DNA of 64,000 nucleotides from an uncultured Candidatus Micrarchaeota archaeon. Its GTDB lineage: Archaea > Micrarchaeota > Micrarchaeia > Norongarragalinales > CAINOH01. The number at the start of each line of letters is the position of its first letter. The first letter of the stretch is position 1. Positions 27,656 through 36,905 of this stretch are shown here, piece after piece. The position numbers were made by a program, and so were the translations under genes. The stretch lies in contig CAINOH010000023.1 in NCBI GenBank assembly GCA_903851445.1, positions 10,518-74,517 on the forward strand, in the 5' to 3' direction. Under the pieces are notes generated by a model. The model made no database searches and was not told the origin of the DNA. It saw only the letters and a list, made by a program, of their open reading frames with translations.

Positions 27656-28027
27656 TCAGTACCTGATTTTCCTTACGGTGTAGACCGACTTCTTGTGCGC
27701 GAGCTTCTCCTTGAACGCCGCGGCCTTCTTCTTGCGGTTCACGTCGCGCACCAGCTCGATGTCGCACGGGAATATGGTGTAGACTTCGTAGTCGGAATAT
27801 GCAAGCTCGCGGTCCTTGTACCTTGCCTTGATTTCCTTCATGTCCGGCCCGGAAACTGTCTTCTTTACGATGACGCACTCGCAGCCCAAGCACGGGTTTG
27901 CGGTTGTCTCTGGAGTCCAGACCTGCTTGCCGCCGCACCTGTCGCACGTGACAATGAAGAGCTTGATTCCGCTGTCCAAACAAACCACCGTCTTGAAAAA
28001 GGTTAAAGCAAGGCCGGACTTAAGCAC
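27656..28027 (-). CDS. hypothetical zinc-ribbon protein
   Basis: 123 aa with CDRC..x18..CLGC and a Lys-rich C-terminus. The start codon (GTG) is uncertain. Confidence 0.4.
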   Translation of the reverse strand: MLKSGLALTFFKTVVCLDSGIKLFIVTCDRCGGKQVWTPETTANPCLGCECVIVKKTVSGPDMKEIKARYKDRELAYSDYEVYTIFPCDIELVRDVNRKKKAAAFKEKLAHKKSVYTVRKIRY

Positions 28028-28104
28028 TCCGAATAAGGCGCTTTGTCACTACTTGCCGATAGGTAATTATGGCGTCCAAACTTATTAAAGGTTGGGAAAA
28101 AGAG

Positions 28105-28178
28105 GGCCGCGGCCGGGATTCGAACCCGGGTCAGGGGATCCACAATCCCCGATGCTAACCGGCTACACCACCGCAGCC
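28105..28178 (-). tRNA. tRNA-His (GUG) with genomically encoded G-1
   Basis: Reverse complement: GGCTGCGGTGGTGTAGCCGGTTAGCATCGGGGATTGTGGATCCCCTGACCCGGGTTCGAATCCCGGCCGCGGCC. It folds as a cloverleaf with anticodon loop TTGTGGA, T-loop TTCGAAT and G-1 opposite C73. Confidence 0.9.
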
Positions 28179-28271
28179 ACAAGACCGAAAGGACGCTTGC
28201 TAATAGCAGTGCAGGATATAATTTGGGCTCTGGAAAGCTTAAAGACGTTCGGCTGGCTCAAATAATGCTTG

Positions 28272-28323
28272 ATGATGAACGTTTGAACAACCGCTGATTC
28301 GTGATGAGGTTGATAGCGTCTGA
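28272..28323 (+). ncRNA. C/D box sRNA candidate (2'-O-methylation guide)
   Basis: The layout is C box ATGATGA (28272-78), a 15-nt guide, D' CTGA (28294-97), a 4-nt linker, C' (G)TGATGA (28302-07), a 12-nt guide GGTTGATAGCGT and D CTGA (28320-23). It is intergenic, with a TTAAAG element about 30 nt upstream. Confidence 0.55.
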
Positions 28324-28358
28324 TGAAACCTAATTAGGTATTTGGGTGTTGAACCACC

Positions 28359-29135
28359 CTACTGCTCGGCAGCCTTGAGGTCCTTCTTGAGGGTCTTGAG
28401 CTGGCTGACCACGAGGGTGTACTCCTTCTCCTTTTCCGCCACTGTCTTGCGGAATGCGACGTCGCCGATTTGCCGCTTCATGAAGCGGTACTTGGCCATC
28501 TTGATGTCCTCCACTATCTGCGCCTTTTGCGCCTCCAGCTGGGCTATCTTGCGCGCGCCGCGGAACAAAAAGTCAAAGAACGCGAACCCCGCGAAAGCAA
28601 GCATGCCCAGGGCGATGACCACGCTTGCGGCTATTGCGATTGGGGGAATCGGCTCCGCCTGGGACGCGATGATGTACACGGGCGACTGACCGGGCCTGAA
28701 TTCGAAGCGGACGGCGTTTGTCATCGCATCTCCATTCACGTCGTATGCGAATACGGAGTAGTTGCCGTTGACCGGGACTGTGAAAACGCAGCTTATGTTG
28801 TAATAGTAATAGAAGGCATTGCCATCAGGGTCCGCAACCTCGGACTTGTACCAGACGGACTTGTTTTTTGCATCCAGCGTAAGTTCGTTTTTGCACGTGC
28901 AATTCGAAGGCCCGGCGCAAGTGAAGTTCTCAATAGTCGTGGAGGCGTTGATGACCGCGTTGAGGGTGGTTTCCTCGTTCTCGGCTATGAGGGAAGGCGA
29001 TGTCGAGTAACCCCCAACCAAGCCGTATATCTCAGCTGGCGGGGTCACCTGGCCGCTGGCAAAGGCGAAAGGCAGCACAAGCAGGGCTATCAACGCAAGG
29101 AGAAAAACCCGTCCGCCGAGGTTTTGCAGGGACAT
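28359..29135 (-). CDS. hypothetical type I membrane protein (signal peptide, extracellular domain, TM, cytoplasmic coiled coil)
   Basis: 258 aa. The signal peptide is VFLLALIALLVLPFAFASG, the TM helix is IAIAASVVIALGMLAFAGFAFF, and the tail is heptad-like and rich in K/E/Q. Confidence 0.55.
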   Translation of the reverse strand: MSLQNLGGRVFLLALIALLVLPFAFASGQVTPPAEIYGLVGGYSTSPSLIAENEETTLNAVINASTTIENFTCAGPSNCTCKNELTLDAKNKSVWYKSEVADPDGNAFYYYYNISCVFTVPVNGNYSVFAYDVNGDAMTNAVRFEFRPGQSPVYIIASQAEPIPPIAIAASVVIALGMLAFAGFAFFDFLFRGARKIAQLEAQKAQIVEDIKMAKYRFMKRQIGDVAFRKTVAEKEKEYTLVVSQLKTLKKDLKAAEQ

Positions 29136-29154
29136 CAGTCAACAACCATCCAGC

Positions 29155-30294
29155 CTAGTTCTGCAGCCTGAACCCGAGGAAGGCCAAAAGGCCTGCGAGG
29201 AGCTTCACCGGAAGCAGCACAAGCGAAAGCAGCGACAGGACCATGAAAGCCATGATGATTGCGAAGAAGTCATGAAGCTGGATGTACGCGGGGTCGGCCT
29301 TAAGTTGCGACTCGATGTTCGCTACCTCCGCCTTCGTAAGCCTCTTGGGCGGCTTCTTTGAGTAATCGTCAAGGGATTTTGCCAGGCCCGTCTTCATCGA
29401 GCCGGCCTGAACCGAAAGCTCGGCGTACGTCTCGTTAATCAGCTGGTCCTCATTGGACTCGTTGATTACCCTGGCTACAGCGGCGGCATAATACTCGTCG
29501 GTCTGGCCGGGCGCCAATGCCTCCACCTGTGTGCGGACCTGCGCCTCAAGTTGTTTGCGGACGTCGTCGCGCGACATGTACCCCTCAAGCACCGAGGGCG
29601 TGACCTGGAAGTTGGTGACGACTTTCGAGAGCACACCCGCACCCTGCGCCATGATTATGGACGAAGAGTCTGCAAGGCCCGAGAAGAACTCGCCGAAGTA
29701 CTGGTCGCGGTTCTGCGACACCGCAACCAAGGACAGAAGGCAGGCTACAATCGTGAACACGAACATCGAGCGGCCTACTACGGAGTACGCGTCGGAAAAC
29801 GAGGCGGAATCGCCCGAAAGCCCACCACTGGCAAAATACGACGCGGCAATTACAGCGGACGCAAACCCTATGAACGGGTAAATGTAGCTCGGGAATGTGA
29901 TGCCGAGTCCGATTGCAGGAAGCAGGGACACTATTGCGGAAAGGCCGGCTGCTTCCCACTTTGGCAAGCCCCTTGATGCGAATGCCGAAAGCGCAACAGA
30001 AAGCGAGAACAAAAAGGCGAACATCAGCATTTCCGGGCTGATTACCCTGGCTAACGTCTGGTTTGCGTTTAACGCGTCGCAGACAAATCCGAAGTCCAGG
30101 CCCACGCGCGAGTAGCAGTACAGCCCGAAGCCGAAGACTACAAGGAGCACGAGAAACAGCAGCAGGTTCAGCTTCCGGTTCTCGTCAACGGAATCAAGGG
30201 GGTTGGAGAATGAAAATGATTCCTTTGTCGGGTCCGCAACTGCAACAGCCGCCGAAGCCTGAGAGCCGCCCGTGGCGGTCTTTGTAGTAGCCAT
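29155..30294 (-). CDS. hypothetical polytopic membrane protein
   Basis: 379 aa with about 6 TM helices, a large charged loop and a C-terminal TM pair. No family recognised. Confidence 0.55.
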   Translation of the reverse strand: MATTKTATGGSQASAAVAVADPTKESFSFSNPLDSVDENRKLNLLLFLVLLVVFGFGLYCYSRVGLDFGFVCDALNANQTLARVISPEMLMFAFLFSLSVALSAFASRGLPKWEAAGLSAIVSLLPAIGLGITFPSYIYPFIGFASAVIAASYFASGGLSGDSASFSDAYSVVGRSMFVFTIVACLLSLVAVSQNRDQYFGEFFSGLADSSSIIMAQGAGVLSKVVTNFQVTPSVLEGYMSRDDVRKQLEAQVRTQVEALAPGQTDEYYAAAVARVINESNEDQLINETYAELSVQAGSMKTGLAKSLDDYSKKPPKRLTKAEVANIESQLKADPAYIQLHDFFAIIMAFMVLSLLSLVLLPVKLLAGLLAFLGFRLQN

Positions 30295-30343
30295 GCTAGC
30301 ATTAGTTTTTTCGACTTAAAAACCAATCCGGAAAGCGGGCGAA

Positions 30344-31246
30344 TCAGCCGGGCAATTTCACAGACGGGATGCACCCGCCTGCGCTGACAATCAGGGTGTT
30401 CTCGGCCTGGGATACGAGCTTGCCGGACTTTTCCGCAAGGGGGTAATAGTCCTCCAGCCCGCCGCACCGCACGAGGTCGCTGATTGCAAGGTCGTAATGT
30501 ATCGAGGGGAAGTCGCGGGAGAGCCAACGCCTGCAGAACGGAAGGCCGTGATATTTTTCGGCGTTCTTTACAAGCTGCCTGCTTGCGGCAAGCCGGGATT
30601 TTCCTTCGCCTATCCTGAAAATCTGGCACTCGGAATGGTCGCGGACAACCCCTTCGCCGTCAGTTGCGAAGGGTTCGACTGCGAACACATCGCCTTCCTT
30701 GAAAGTGTAGGAACCGTGGGGCACGTTGGGCACTTCCTCGCCCGCGTGGACAGTATACTTGTCAAGCGAGTGGCCGCACAGGTTCACAACCGGGTTGAAG
30801 CCGAAAGAGGTGATTGCGTCGCTTATTGCCTTGCCAACCGTGCGGGAAGCAACGCCGGGCGCGATTGCCAAGATGGCCGCGTCCAGGCCGGCCTTGCTTG
30901 CAGCAATCAGCTTGCCGTGGCTGCTGTCGTGCGAATATGAAAAGGCGCAGTCTGCGATGTAGCCGTCAACCTGCACGCCAACGTCCACCTTCAAAAGGTC
31001 GTGCTCGCCAAGCACACGAGTGTCGCCGGGAAATGGAGTGTCGTGCGCTGCGAAGTTGTTGGCGGAGAGGTTGACGGGAAAGGCAAGGCCGCCGCCCTGC
31101 TCGATTATCCTCTGCTCCACTGATTCCGCAAGCTCGAAAAGGGGAATGCCCGGCTTGAGATTTTTCCTCGCAAACGCAAGCGCCTCGGAGGCGATTTTTC
31201 CGGCCTCGAGGTATTTTTGCTTTGTCTCTTCGTCCAATTCAAGCAC
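30344..31246 (-). CDS. map: methionine aminopeptidase, type 2 (archaeal)
   Basis: 300 aa with the pita-bread fold blocks FPVNLSANNFAAHDTP, DVGVQVDGYIADCAFS, GHSL and FAVEPFAT. It uses a GTG start. Confidence 0.88.
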   Translation of the reverse strand: MLELDEETKQKYLEAGKIASEALAFARKNLKPGIPLFELAESVEQRIIEQGGGLAFPVNLSANNFAAHDTPFPGDTRVLGEHDLLKVDVGVQVDGYIADCAFSYSHDSSHGKLIAASKAGLDAAILAIAPGVASRTVGKAISDAITSFGFNPVVNLCGHSLDKYTVHAGEEVPNVPHGSYTFKEGDVFAVEPFATDGEGVVRDHSECQIFRIGEGKSRLAASRQLVKNAEKYHGLPFCRRWLSRDFPSIHYDLAISDLVRCGGLEDYYPLAEKSGKLVSQAENTLIVSAGGCIPSVKLPG

Positions 31247-31264
31247 CAGTCAATTCTATAATTA

Positions 31265-33730
31265 TTACCACTCGCCCAGCCTGCTTTGCGTTCCCTTCGA
31301 CTTGAGCGCGTCCTCGTCATAGCCGAAGGCAGAGAGGAGCTTGAGCGTCGCGGGAATCACCTGGTTGTTGATGTAGTAATCTGGGTCGTAGTCTGTTGCC
31401 ATCTCGCGAAGGGTCGCCTTTTCGGAGATGGACTTTCCTTTCTTCCCAATCACGTAGCCTATGACTGCGTTTTCCGGAAGTCTTATGCCTGCTGCGCGCG
31501 CCTTTTGCGCTGCGTTCAGCTCCGGCGACATTATTGCATAGGAGCCCGCCTTCTTGCGCAGCTGCGTCAGGATGGTGAGGTCGTCAAGGGGCACCTTGCC
31601 GGACTTGAGCTCGGTGATTACCTTCATCACCATGTCGGCTGCCTTCTTGACGTCGCCGGTCTCAAGGAGGATGCGCAAAAGCTCCTTTTGCGTGCGCTTC
31701 GCAACCCCACTCCAGTCGCGGCGCACAAGCTCGAACCCGCGTATCTTGATTTTCCCTTCCTTGGTAATCATCGCGTACTTTTTCTTCGCGCCCTCGGCCT
31801 TCTCGGAGCCTGCCGCCCCTGTTGCCTTCTTGCTTACGAACAGGCCGCGCGCGTAGAACTCCTCAAGCTCCAGTTCCATGTTGCCCGGAAGCTTTTCGTT
31901 TACCTTGGCACGGAACTCCATGACCTTGTCCTCGGCGCCTCGAGGATATAGTATCATCAGCGAATCGGTGTCGCCGTAGAGAACCTTGAACCCGGACGCC
32001 TCCGCGGTTTCCATTGTTGCCTTGATGTAGTTGCGTGCAAGCCCGGTGATTGCCTCGCCACAGTCGTGGTCGTACCAGCGCGAGCGCGGGTACGCGAGGT
32101 AGCCGTAGAAGCTGTTCGCGATGACCTTCAACGCCCATTGTGTTGCGTGGAGCTGCTTGTACTCGTGCGTGTCAGCGCCCCTTGCCTTCTTGATTTCGGA
32201 GAGCTTGCGCTTGATTGCAAAGCGCGACTCCAGGACCTCCTCAAGCACGCGCGGTATCAGGCCCTTGCGCTTCTTGCAGTAGTGGTGGCCTGTCGCGGCC
32301 TTCGTCTCCGGGTCAGTGCAGCAGCCGCAGTCCTTGGTTGACGGGTCGATGTTGTGCGAGACTATGATTGACGGGTAAAGCGAGCGGAAGTCAAGGACCG
32401 CGATGTTCTCGTAAACTCCGGCCTCGGGAGTCTTTACGAACGCGCCCTTGAGCGGGTTCTCCGACCGTGCGACGACCTCGGAATAGGACGGCTTGTTGGG
32501 GACTATCTCGTTGTACTCGAACGACTTGCGCATCAGGTAGAACTCAACCAGCTGGCCTGCTGTTGCGCGCGAGGACTCGAACATAGGCAGGCCCACTTGG
32601 CGCGAAAGCGCGAGCTCGAGGTCGATGCAGTAGTTTGCAAGGTCAAGGCAGGCAATCGAGTCGACCTTAGCATACTCGGCGACCTTGTTCATACCCTTAC
32701 CGGTCTTCCAGTTCTCCCAAATCTGGTCGTATTTCAGGTCGACCTTGTGCTTTCCGAACAGCTCGAAGTACGCGTCGTCAAGAGTTAGCCGCTGGAGCTT
32801 GATTGCTCCGACGGTGTTGAGGAACGTGATTGCGTGGTAGACGTCAAAGTGGATGCGGCCGGCAACGTAGGTCTTTGTCCGCATGCCGATTTTCTTTGCA
32901 AACACCGCCTTTTTGGTGCGGCCAAGACGGAAGCTGGCTCCGGTCACGTCGGCGCGCTTTTGCAGGAATGGAAGGTCGAAGGCATCACCGTTGTAGGTGC
33001 ACAAAAGGTCGGTGTGATTTTCCGCGATGACTTGCGAGAGCCGCTCAAGCATCGCATTCTCGTCAGCCGCGTTCTCGACGTTCTCCGCATCGACCTTGTG
33101 CTTGTAGGTGATTACGCCTGCTCCTTTGTCCGAGGCGTAGCTTACCATTATGCACGGGTCGCGTGCAGGCTCGGGAAGCGAGCCGGAAGTGCTGAACGCC
33201 TCGATGTCTATTGCAAGCGTGCGAAGCGCAGGGAAGCCCTCGGCGTGCTCCTTCCTTGCGTTGCGGACAAAACCATCCTCAGACTCCTCGTACTCGACAA
33301 GCGCGTTGGGCTTGAGGCCCGAGTCAATCATGAAGCGGTAGTGGAACGGGATGTTGTTCTCATAGACGGTGCCGAACTGCGCAAGCTCGCCGCTGAGGAA
33401 CGAGACGTTGCGCGGGCGGTCAACTGTAATCTTGAGCATCTTGGTGCCCTCAAGCGAGACTAGCTTCTCAATAGCCTCAACCGAGGTTATCTTCGCGTCC
33501 TTTCCGCGGAAGGAGAACTTCTGCAAAACCAGGCCCTTTTGGAACTCCTCCATCTTCTTTGAGCCGAACTCGCCCGTGACCTCGGCCTTGGGCAGCAGGA
33601 GAAAGTACGGCGAAAAGTCGGCGTATGCCGGGTAGGCCTTGCCGGTCTTCTCGTCCTTGAGAAAAAGCCTTATTGCGCTCCTGCGGCTTCTGCTGACCGA
33701 CTCGGCATCCAAAAGAAAAGCGCGTTCCAT
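31265..33730 (-). CDS. polB: DNA polymerase, family B
   Basis: 821 aa. Exonuclease motifs are LAIDIE and YNGDAFDLPFL; polymerase motifs are DFRSLYPSII, KVIANSFYGY and YGDTDS. There is no intein-sized insertion. Confidence 0.93.
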   Translation of the reverse strand: MERAFLLDAESVSRSRRSAIRLFLKDEKTGKAYPAYADFSPYFLLLPKAEVTGEFGSKKMEEFQKGLVLQKFSFRGKDAKITSVEAIEKLVSLEGTKMLKITVDRPRNVSFLSGELAQFGTVYENNIPFHYRFMIDSGLKPNALVEYEESEDGFVRNARKEHAEGFPALRTLAIDIEAFSTSGSLPEPARDPCIMVSYASDKGAGVITYKHKVDAENVENAADENAMLERLSQVIAENHTDLLCTYNGDAFDLPFLQKRADVTGASFRLGRTKKAVFAKKIGMRTKTYVAGRIHFDVYHAITFLNTVGAIKLQRLTLDDAYFELFGKHKVDLKYDQIWENWKTGKGMNKVAEYAKVDSIACLDLANYCIDLELALSRQVGLPMFESSRATAGQLVEFYLMRKSFEYNEIVPNKPSYSEVVARSENPLKGAFVKTPEAGVYENIAVLDFRSLYPSIIVSHNIDPSTKDCGCCTDPETKAATGHHYCKKRKGLIPRVLEEVLESRFAIKRKLSEIKKARGADTHEYKQLHATQWALKVIANSFYGYLAYPRSRWYDHDCGEAITGLARNYIKATMETAEASGFKVLYGDTDSLMILYPRGAEDKVMEFRAKVNEKLPGNMELELEEFYARGLFVSKKATGAAGSEKAEGAKKKYAMITKEGKIKIRGFELVRRDWSGVAKRTQKELLRILLETGDVKKAADMVMKVITELKSGKVPLDDLTILTQLRKKAGSYAIMSPELNAAQKARAAGIRLPENAVIGYVIGKKGKSISEKATLREMATDYDPDYYINNQVIPATLKLLSAFGYDEDALKSKGTQSRLGEW

Positions 33731-33756
33731 GAATAGGATAACAAGACCAACTTATT

Positions 33757-36700
33757 TTATTGTGCGTTCGCGTCGTTGAGCGAGATTATGGAAAGGTCGG
33801 CCTTGGAAAGCTGGTGGTAGCCGCCGCACGACGCAATCGCGTCAAAGAGCGCCATCGCGCCGTAATAGCTGTTCACTATCGGGATTTTTGCGGTAATCAC
33901 TTTCTCGCAGAGCGCACGGTCGACCTTGGCGCAGCCAATCATGCCGTCAACTACGAGCCCGATTCCTGCAATGCTCGCAACCTTGGACGCGTTGCCATCA
34001 ACAGAGATGACTTCAAAACCCGCATTCTTTGCCTTTGCGATGATTTCGTCAGTCCACTTTCCGCACTCGCGCACCAGCACCTTGCCGGTCTTTGGGAGCG
34101 CGCCGGAAGCCTTGACAGCCTTCAAATAGGCCTCATCCAGGGTGCGGCCGAAAGCCATGGTCTCGCCTGTGCTCTTCATCTCGCTTGATGCGGAGTAGTC
34201 CGCCTTGGGGAAGCGGCTGTAAGGGAACACGGGCGCCTTGACTGCGCAGAATAACGGCTTTGGGAAGGAGGAGAAGCCCTGCTTTTTGAGGGATATTCCG
34301 ACCTGGCAGAGCGCGGCCACTTTCGCAATGGGCACGCCTATTGCCTTGCTCACGAACGGGACGGTGCGGCTTGCCCGGGGGTTTACTTCAATTATGTAGA
34401 CTTCATCTCCCTTTGCCGCCATCTGGATGTTGCACAGCCCGACAATCTTGAGCGCGCCTGCAAGCTTGAGCGCGTAGTCCTCAATCTTTGAAAGGGCGGC
34501 CGCAGAGAGCCTTCGCGAAGGAAGCATAGCAGCGCTGTCGCCAGAGTGCACGCCCACTTCCTCGACCTGCTCCATTATTCCCGCAATCAGGTAGTCTTTC
34601 CCGTCGCCAACCATGTCAACGTCAATCTCAACAGCGTCCTCTAGGAAGTGGTCGATTATGACCGGGTTCCCTTCGCTTGCCATTATGCTCTCGTGTACCT
34701 TCTCGCGCAGCTCGGCCTCGTCAAAGGCAAGGTGCATCGCACGGCCGCCAAGGACATAGGAGGGCCGCATCAGCACGGGGTAGCCCACTTCCTTTGCCAT
34801 CAAAACTGCCTCCTCGGCATCGAACGCCATCCCGCTTTTTACAGTTGGCGTGCCCAGGGTTTCGGTGAGCGCCTTGAAGCGCTTGCGGTTGCTTGCAACG
34901 TCAACAGAGTCAGTTGAGGTTCCGAGGATGGCCGCGCCCGAGTTCTGCGAGATTCCGTTCACCAAGTTTATGGAGGTCTGGCCGCCGAACTGCACGATCA
35001 CTCCCTCGAGGTTCTCGCGCTCTACTGCAAGCACCGCAAGCACGTCCTCAAGCTTTAGAGGCTCGAAGTAAAGCCTGTCCGAGATGTCGAAGTCGGTGCT
35101 CACTGTCTCGGGGTTGTTGTTTATTACAATCGTCTCGAACCCGGCTTCGCGCAGCGCCTGCACCGCGTGCACCGTGCAATAGTCGAACTCTATGCCCTGG
35201 CCGATGCGTATCGGCCCCGAGCCGAGGATGACCACTTTCTTCTTGTTCCCTTTCCTAGCCACCGCGTCGGACGAACTCTCGTAAGTCGAGTAGTAGTATG
35301 GAGTTGCGGCCTCGAACTCCGCTGAGCACGTATCCACCATCTTGAACGACGGGTTCAGGCCGTGCGTCTTGGAAAAGCTGCGCACAAACACTGCAGAGCG
35401 GCCGGTTGCCTCGCAAATCCAGCGCTCGGAAAACCCGGCCTTGCGCGCAGCAAGAACTCCCTCGGCGTCGCCTGCTGTTGCCATCTCGTTCCTTGCAAGC
35501 GCGCGCTTTGCGTCGACTATTGCGGCGATTTTCTGGATGAACCACTCGTGGATTCCGGTGGCTTTGGAAATCGCCGCGACGTCGACCTTGTTGTCGAAAA
35601 GGAGTTTGGTGATGACGTTGAAGCGCATCTCGCTCGGCGCAAGCGCCTTCTCAAGCGGGAGCTCGGCCATCTCAGCAGTCTTCTGCCGCCAGTCGACCCG
35701 CATCTCAAGCGAGCGCAGGGCCTTGCCGAAGGCCTCCTCGAAAGTGCGTCCGATTGCCATGGTCTCGCCGGTGCTCTTCATCTGAGTGCCAATAGAGTTG
35801 GAATAATAGAGCTTGTCAAATGGCCAGCGCGGGATCTTCACAACAACGTAGTCAAGCGAGGGCTCGAAGCACGCGCTCTTTCCGGTCACGCGGTTCTCGA
35901 TTTCCGAAAGTGCGTAGCCAAGCGCAATCTTGGTGGCCACACGCGCGATGGGGTAGCCTGTTGCCTTGGACGCGAGCGCGCTGCTCCGGCTTGCGCGCGG
36001 GTTGACCTCGACGACGAAATACTTGCCGGTCTTCTGGTCAAGCGCAAACTGCACGTTGCACGCGCCTTCCACCTTGAGGCCGCGCACAATCCTGATTGCC
36101 GAGGTGCGGAGCATGTGGTACTCGCGGTCGGACAAAGTCTGGCTCGGCGCGACAACAACGCTCTCGCCGGTGTGTATTCCCATCGGGTCGAGGTTTTCCA
36201 TGTTGCAGACTGTGACGCAGTTGTCGAACGAGTCGCGGATTACCTCGTACTCGAGCTCGGCCATTCCGCCAAGGCTCTTCTCGACAAGGGCAAGCCCGGT
36301 GCCGCTCTGCTTTATTGCAGCACCACAGACTTCGCGGGCCTCCTCCGGGGTGTGGGCGATGCCGCTTGCAAGACCTCCGAGGCAGAAGTCCGCGCGAATC
36401 ATGACAGGAAGGCCGTGCTTTGCGACGAACTTATCCATCTCCTCAAGGGTCTTGCAGCTTGCACTTGCCGGCACGGGCTCGCCAAGCTTTAGCATCAGCT
36501 CCTTAAACTTTTCGCGGTCCTCGGCAAGCTCGATGGTCTCGACTGTAGTGCCTAACACGCGCACGTTGTTGCGCTTTAAGCAGTCCGCAAGCTCCACCGT
36601 GACGTTCAGGCCGGTCTGGCCGGCCATTGTCGCGATGATCCCGTCAGGCTTTTCCAATTCGATGATGCGCTCGACCGTGCGGCTGTCAAGGGACTCGATG

Positions 36701-36894
36701 TAGACGCGGTCAGCTGTCGCAAGGTCGGTCTGGATAGTGGCCGGGTTCGAGTTTACGAGCACGACCTCGATTCCCTCCTCCTTGAGCGCGCGGCACGCCT
36801 GGCTCCCGCTATAGTCAAACTCCGCTGCCTGGCCGATTACAATCGGGCCGGAGCCAAGCAGGAGGACTTTCTTTACAGAGGAAATCTTGGGCAT
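33757..36894 (-). CDS. carB: carbamoyl-phosphate synthase large subunit
   Basis: About 1045 aa from MPKISSVKKVLLLGSGPIVIGQAAEFDYSG. It has duplicated ATP-grasp halves and lies immediately after carA. Confidence 0.93.
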   Translation of the reverse strand: MPKISSVKKVLLLGSGPIVIGQAAEFDYSGSQACRALKEEGIEVVLVNSNPATIQTDLATADRVYIESLDSRTVERIIELEKPDGIIATMAGQTGLNVTVELADCLKRNNVRVLGTTVETIELAEDREKFKELMLKLGEPVPASASCKTLEEMDKFVAKHGLPVMIRADFCLGGLASGIAHTPEEAREVCGAAIKQSGTGLALVEKSLGGMAELEYEVIRDSFDNCVTVCNMENLDPMGIHTGESVVVAPSQTLSDREYHMLRTSAIRIVRGLKVEGACNVQFALDQKTGKYFVVEVNPRASRSSALASKATGYPIARVATKIALGYALSEIENRVTGKSACFEPSLDYVVVKIPRWPFDKLYYSNSIGTQMKSTGETMAIGRTFEEAFGKALRSLEMRVDWRQKTAEMAELPLEKALAPSEMRFNVITKLLFDNKVDVAAISKATGIHEWFIQKIAAIVDAKRALARNEMATAGDAEGVLAARKAGFSERWICEATGRSAVFVRSFSKTHGLNPSFKMVDTCSAEFEAATPYYYSTYESSSDAVARKGNKKKVVILGSGPIRIGQGIEFDYCTVHAVQALREAGFETIVINNNPETVSTDFDISDRLYFEPLKLEDVLAVLAVERENLEGVIVQFGGQTSINLVNGISQNSGAAILGTSTDSVDVASNRKRFKALTETLGTPTVKSGMAFDAEEAVLMAKEVGYPVLMRPSYVLGGRAMHLAFDEAELREKVHESIMASEGNPVIIDHFLEDAVEIDVDMVGDGKDYLIAGIMEQVEEVGVHSGDSAAMLPSRRLSAAALSKIEDYALKLAGALKIVGLCNIQMAAKGDEVYIIEVNPRASRTVPFVSKAIGVPIAKVAALCQVGISLKKQGFSSFPKPLFCAVKAPVFPYSRFPKADYSASSEMKSTGETMAFGRTLDEAYLKAVKASGALPKTGKVLVRECGKWTDEIIAKAKNAGFEVISVDGNASKVASIAGIGLVVDGMIGCAKVDRALCEKVITAKIPIVNSYYGAMALFDAIASCGGYHQLSKADLSIISLNDANAQ

Positions 36895-36905
36895 AGTCAA
36901 AAACA

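Noticed and set aside
14191-33730. Inteins in atpA or polB, which are common intein hosts in archaea.
   Set aside because: Both proteins have normal lengths (575 and 821 aa) with contiguous conserved motifs. There is no extra domain of about 150-500 aa and no C/S...HN splice junction.
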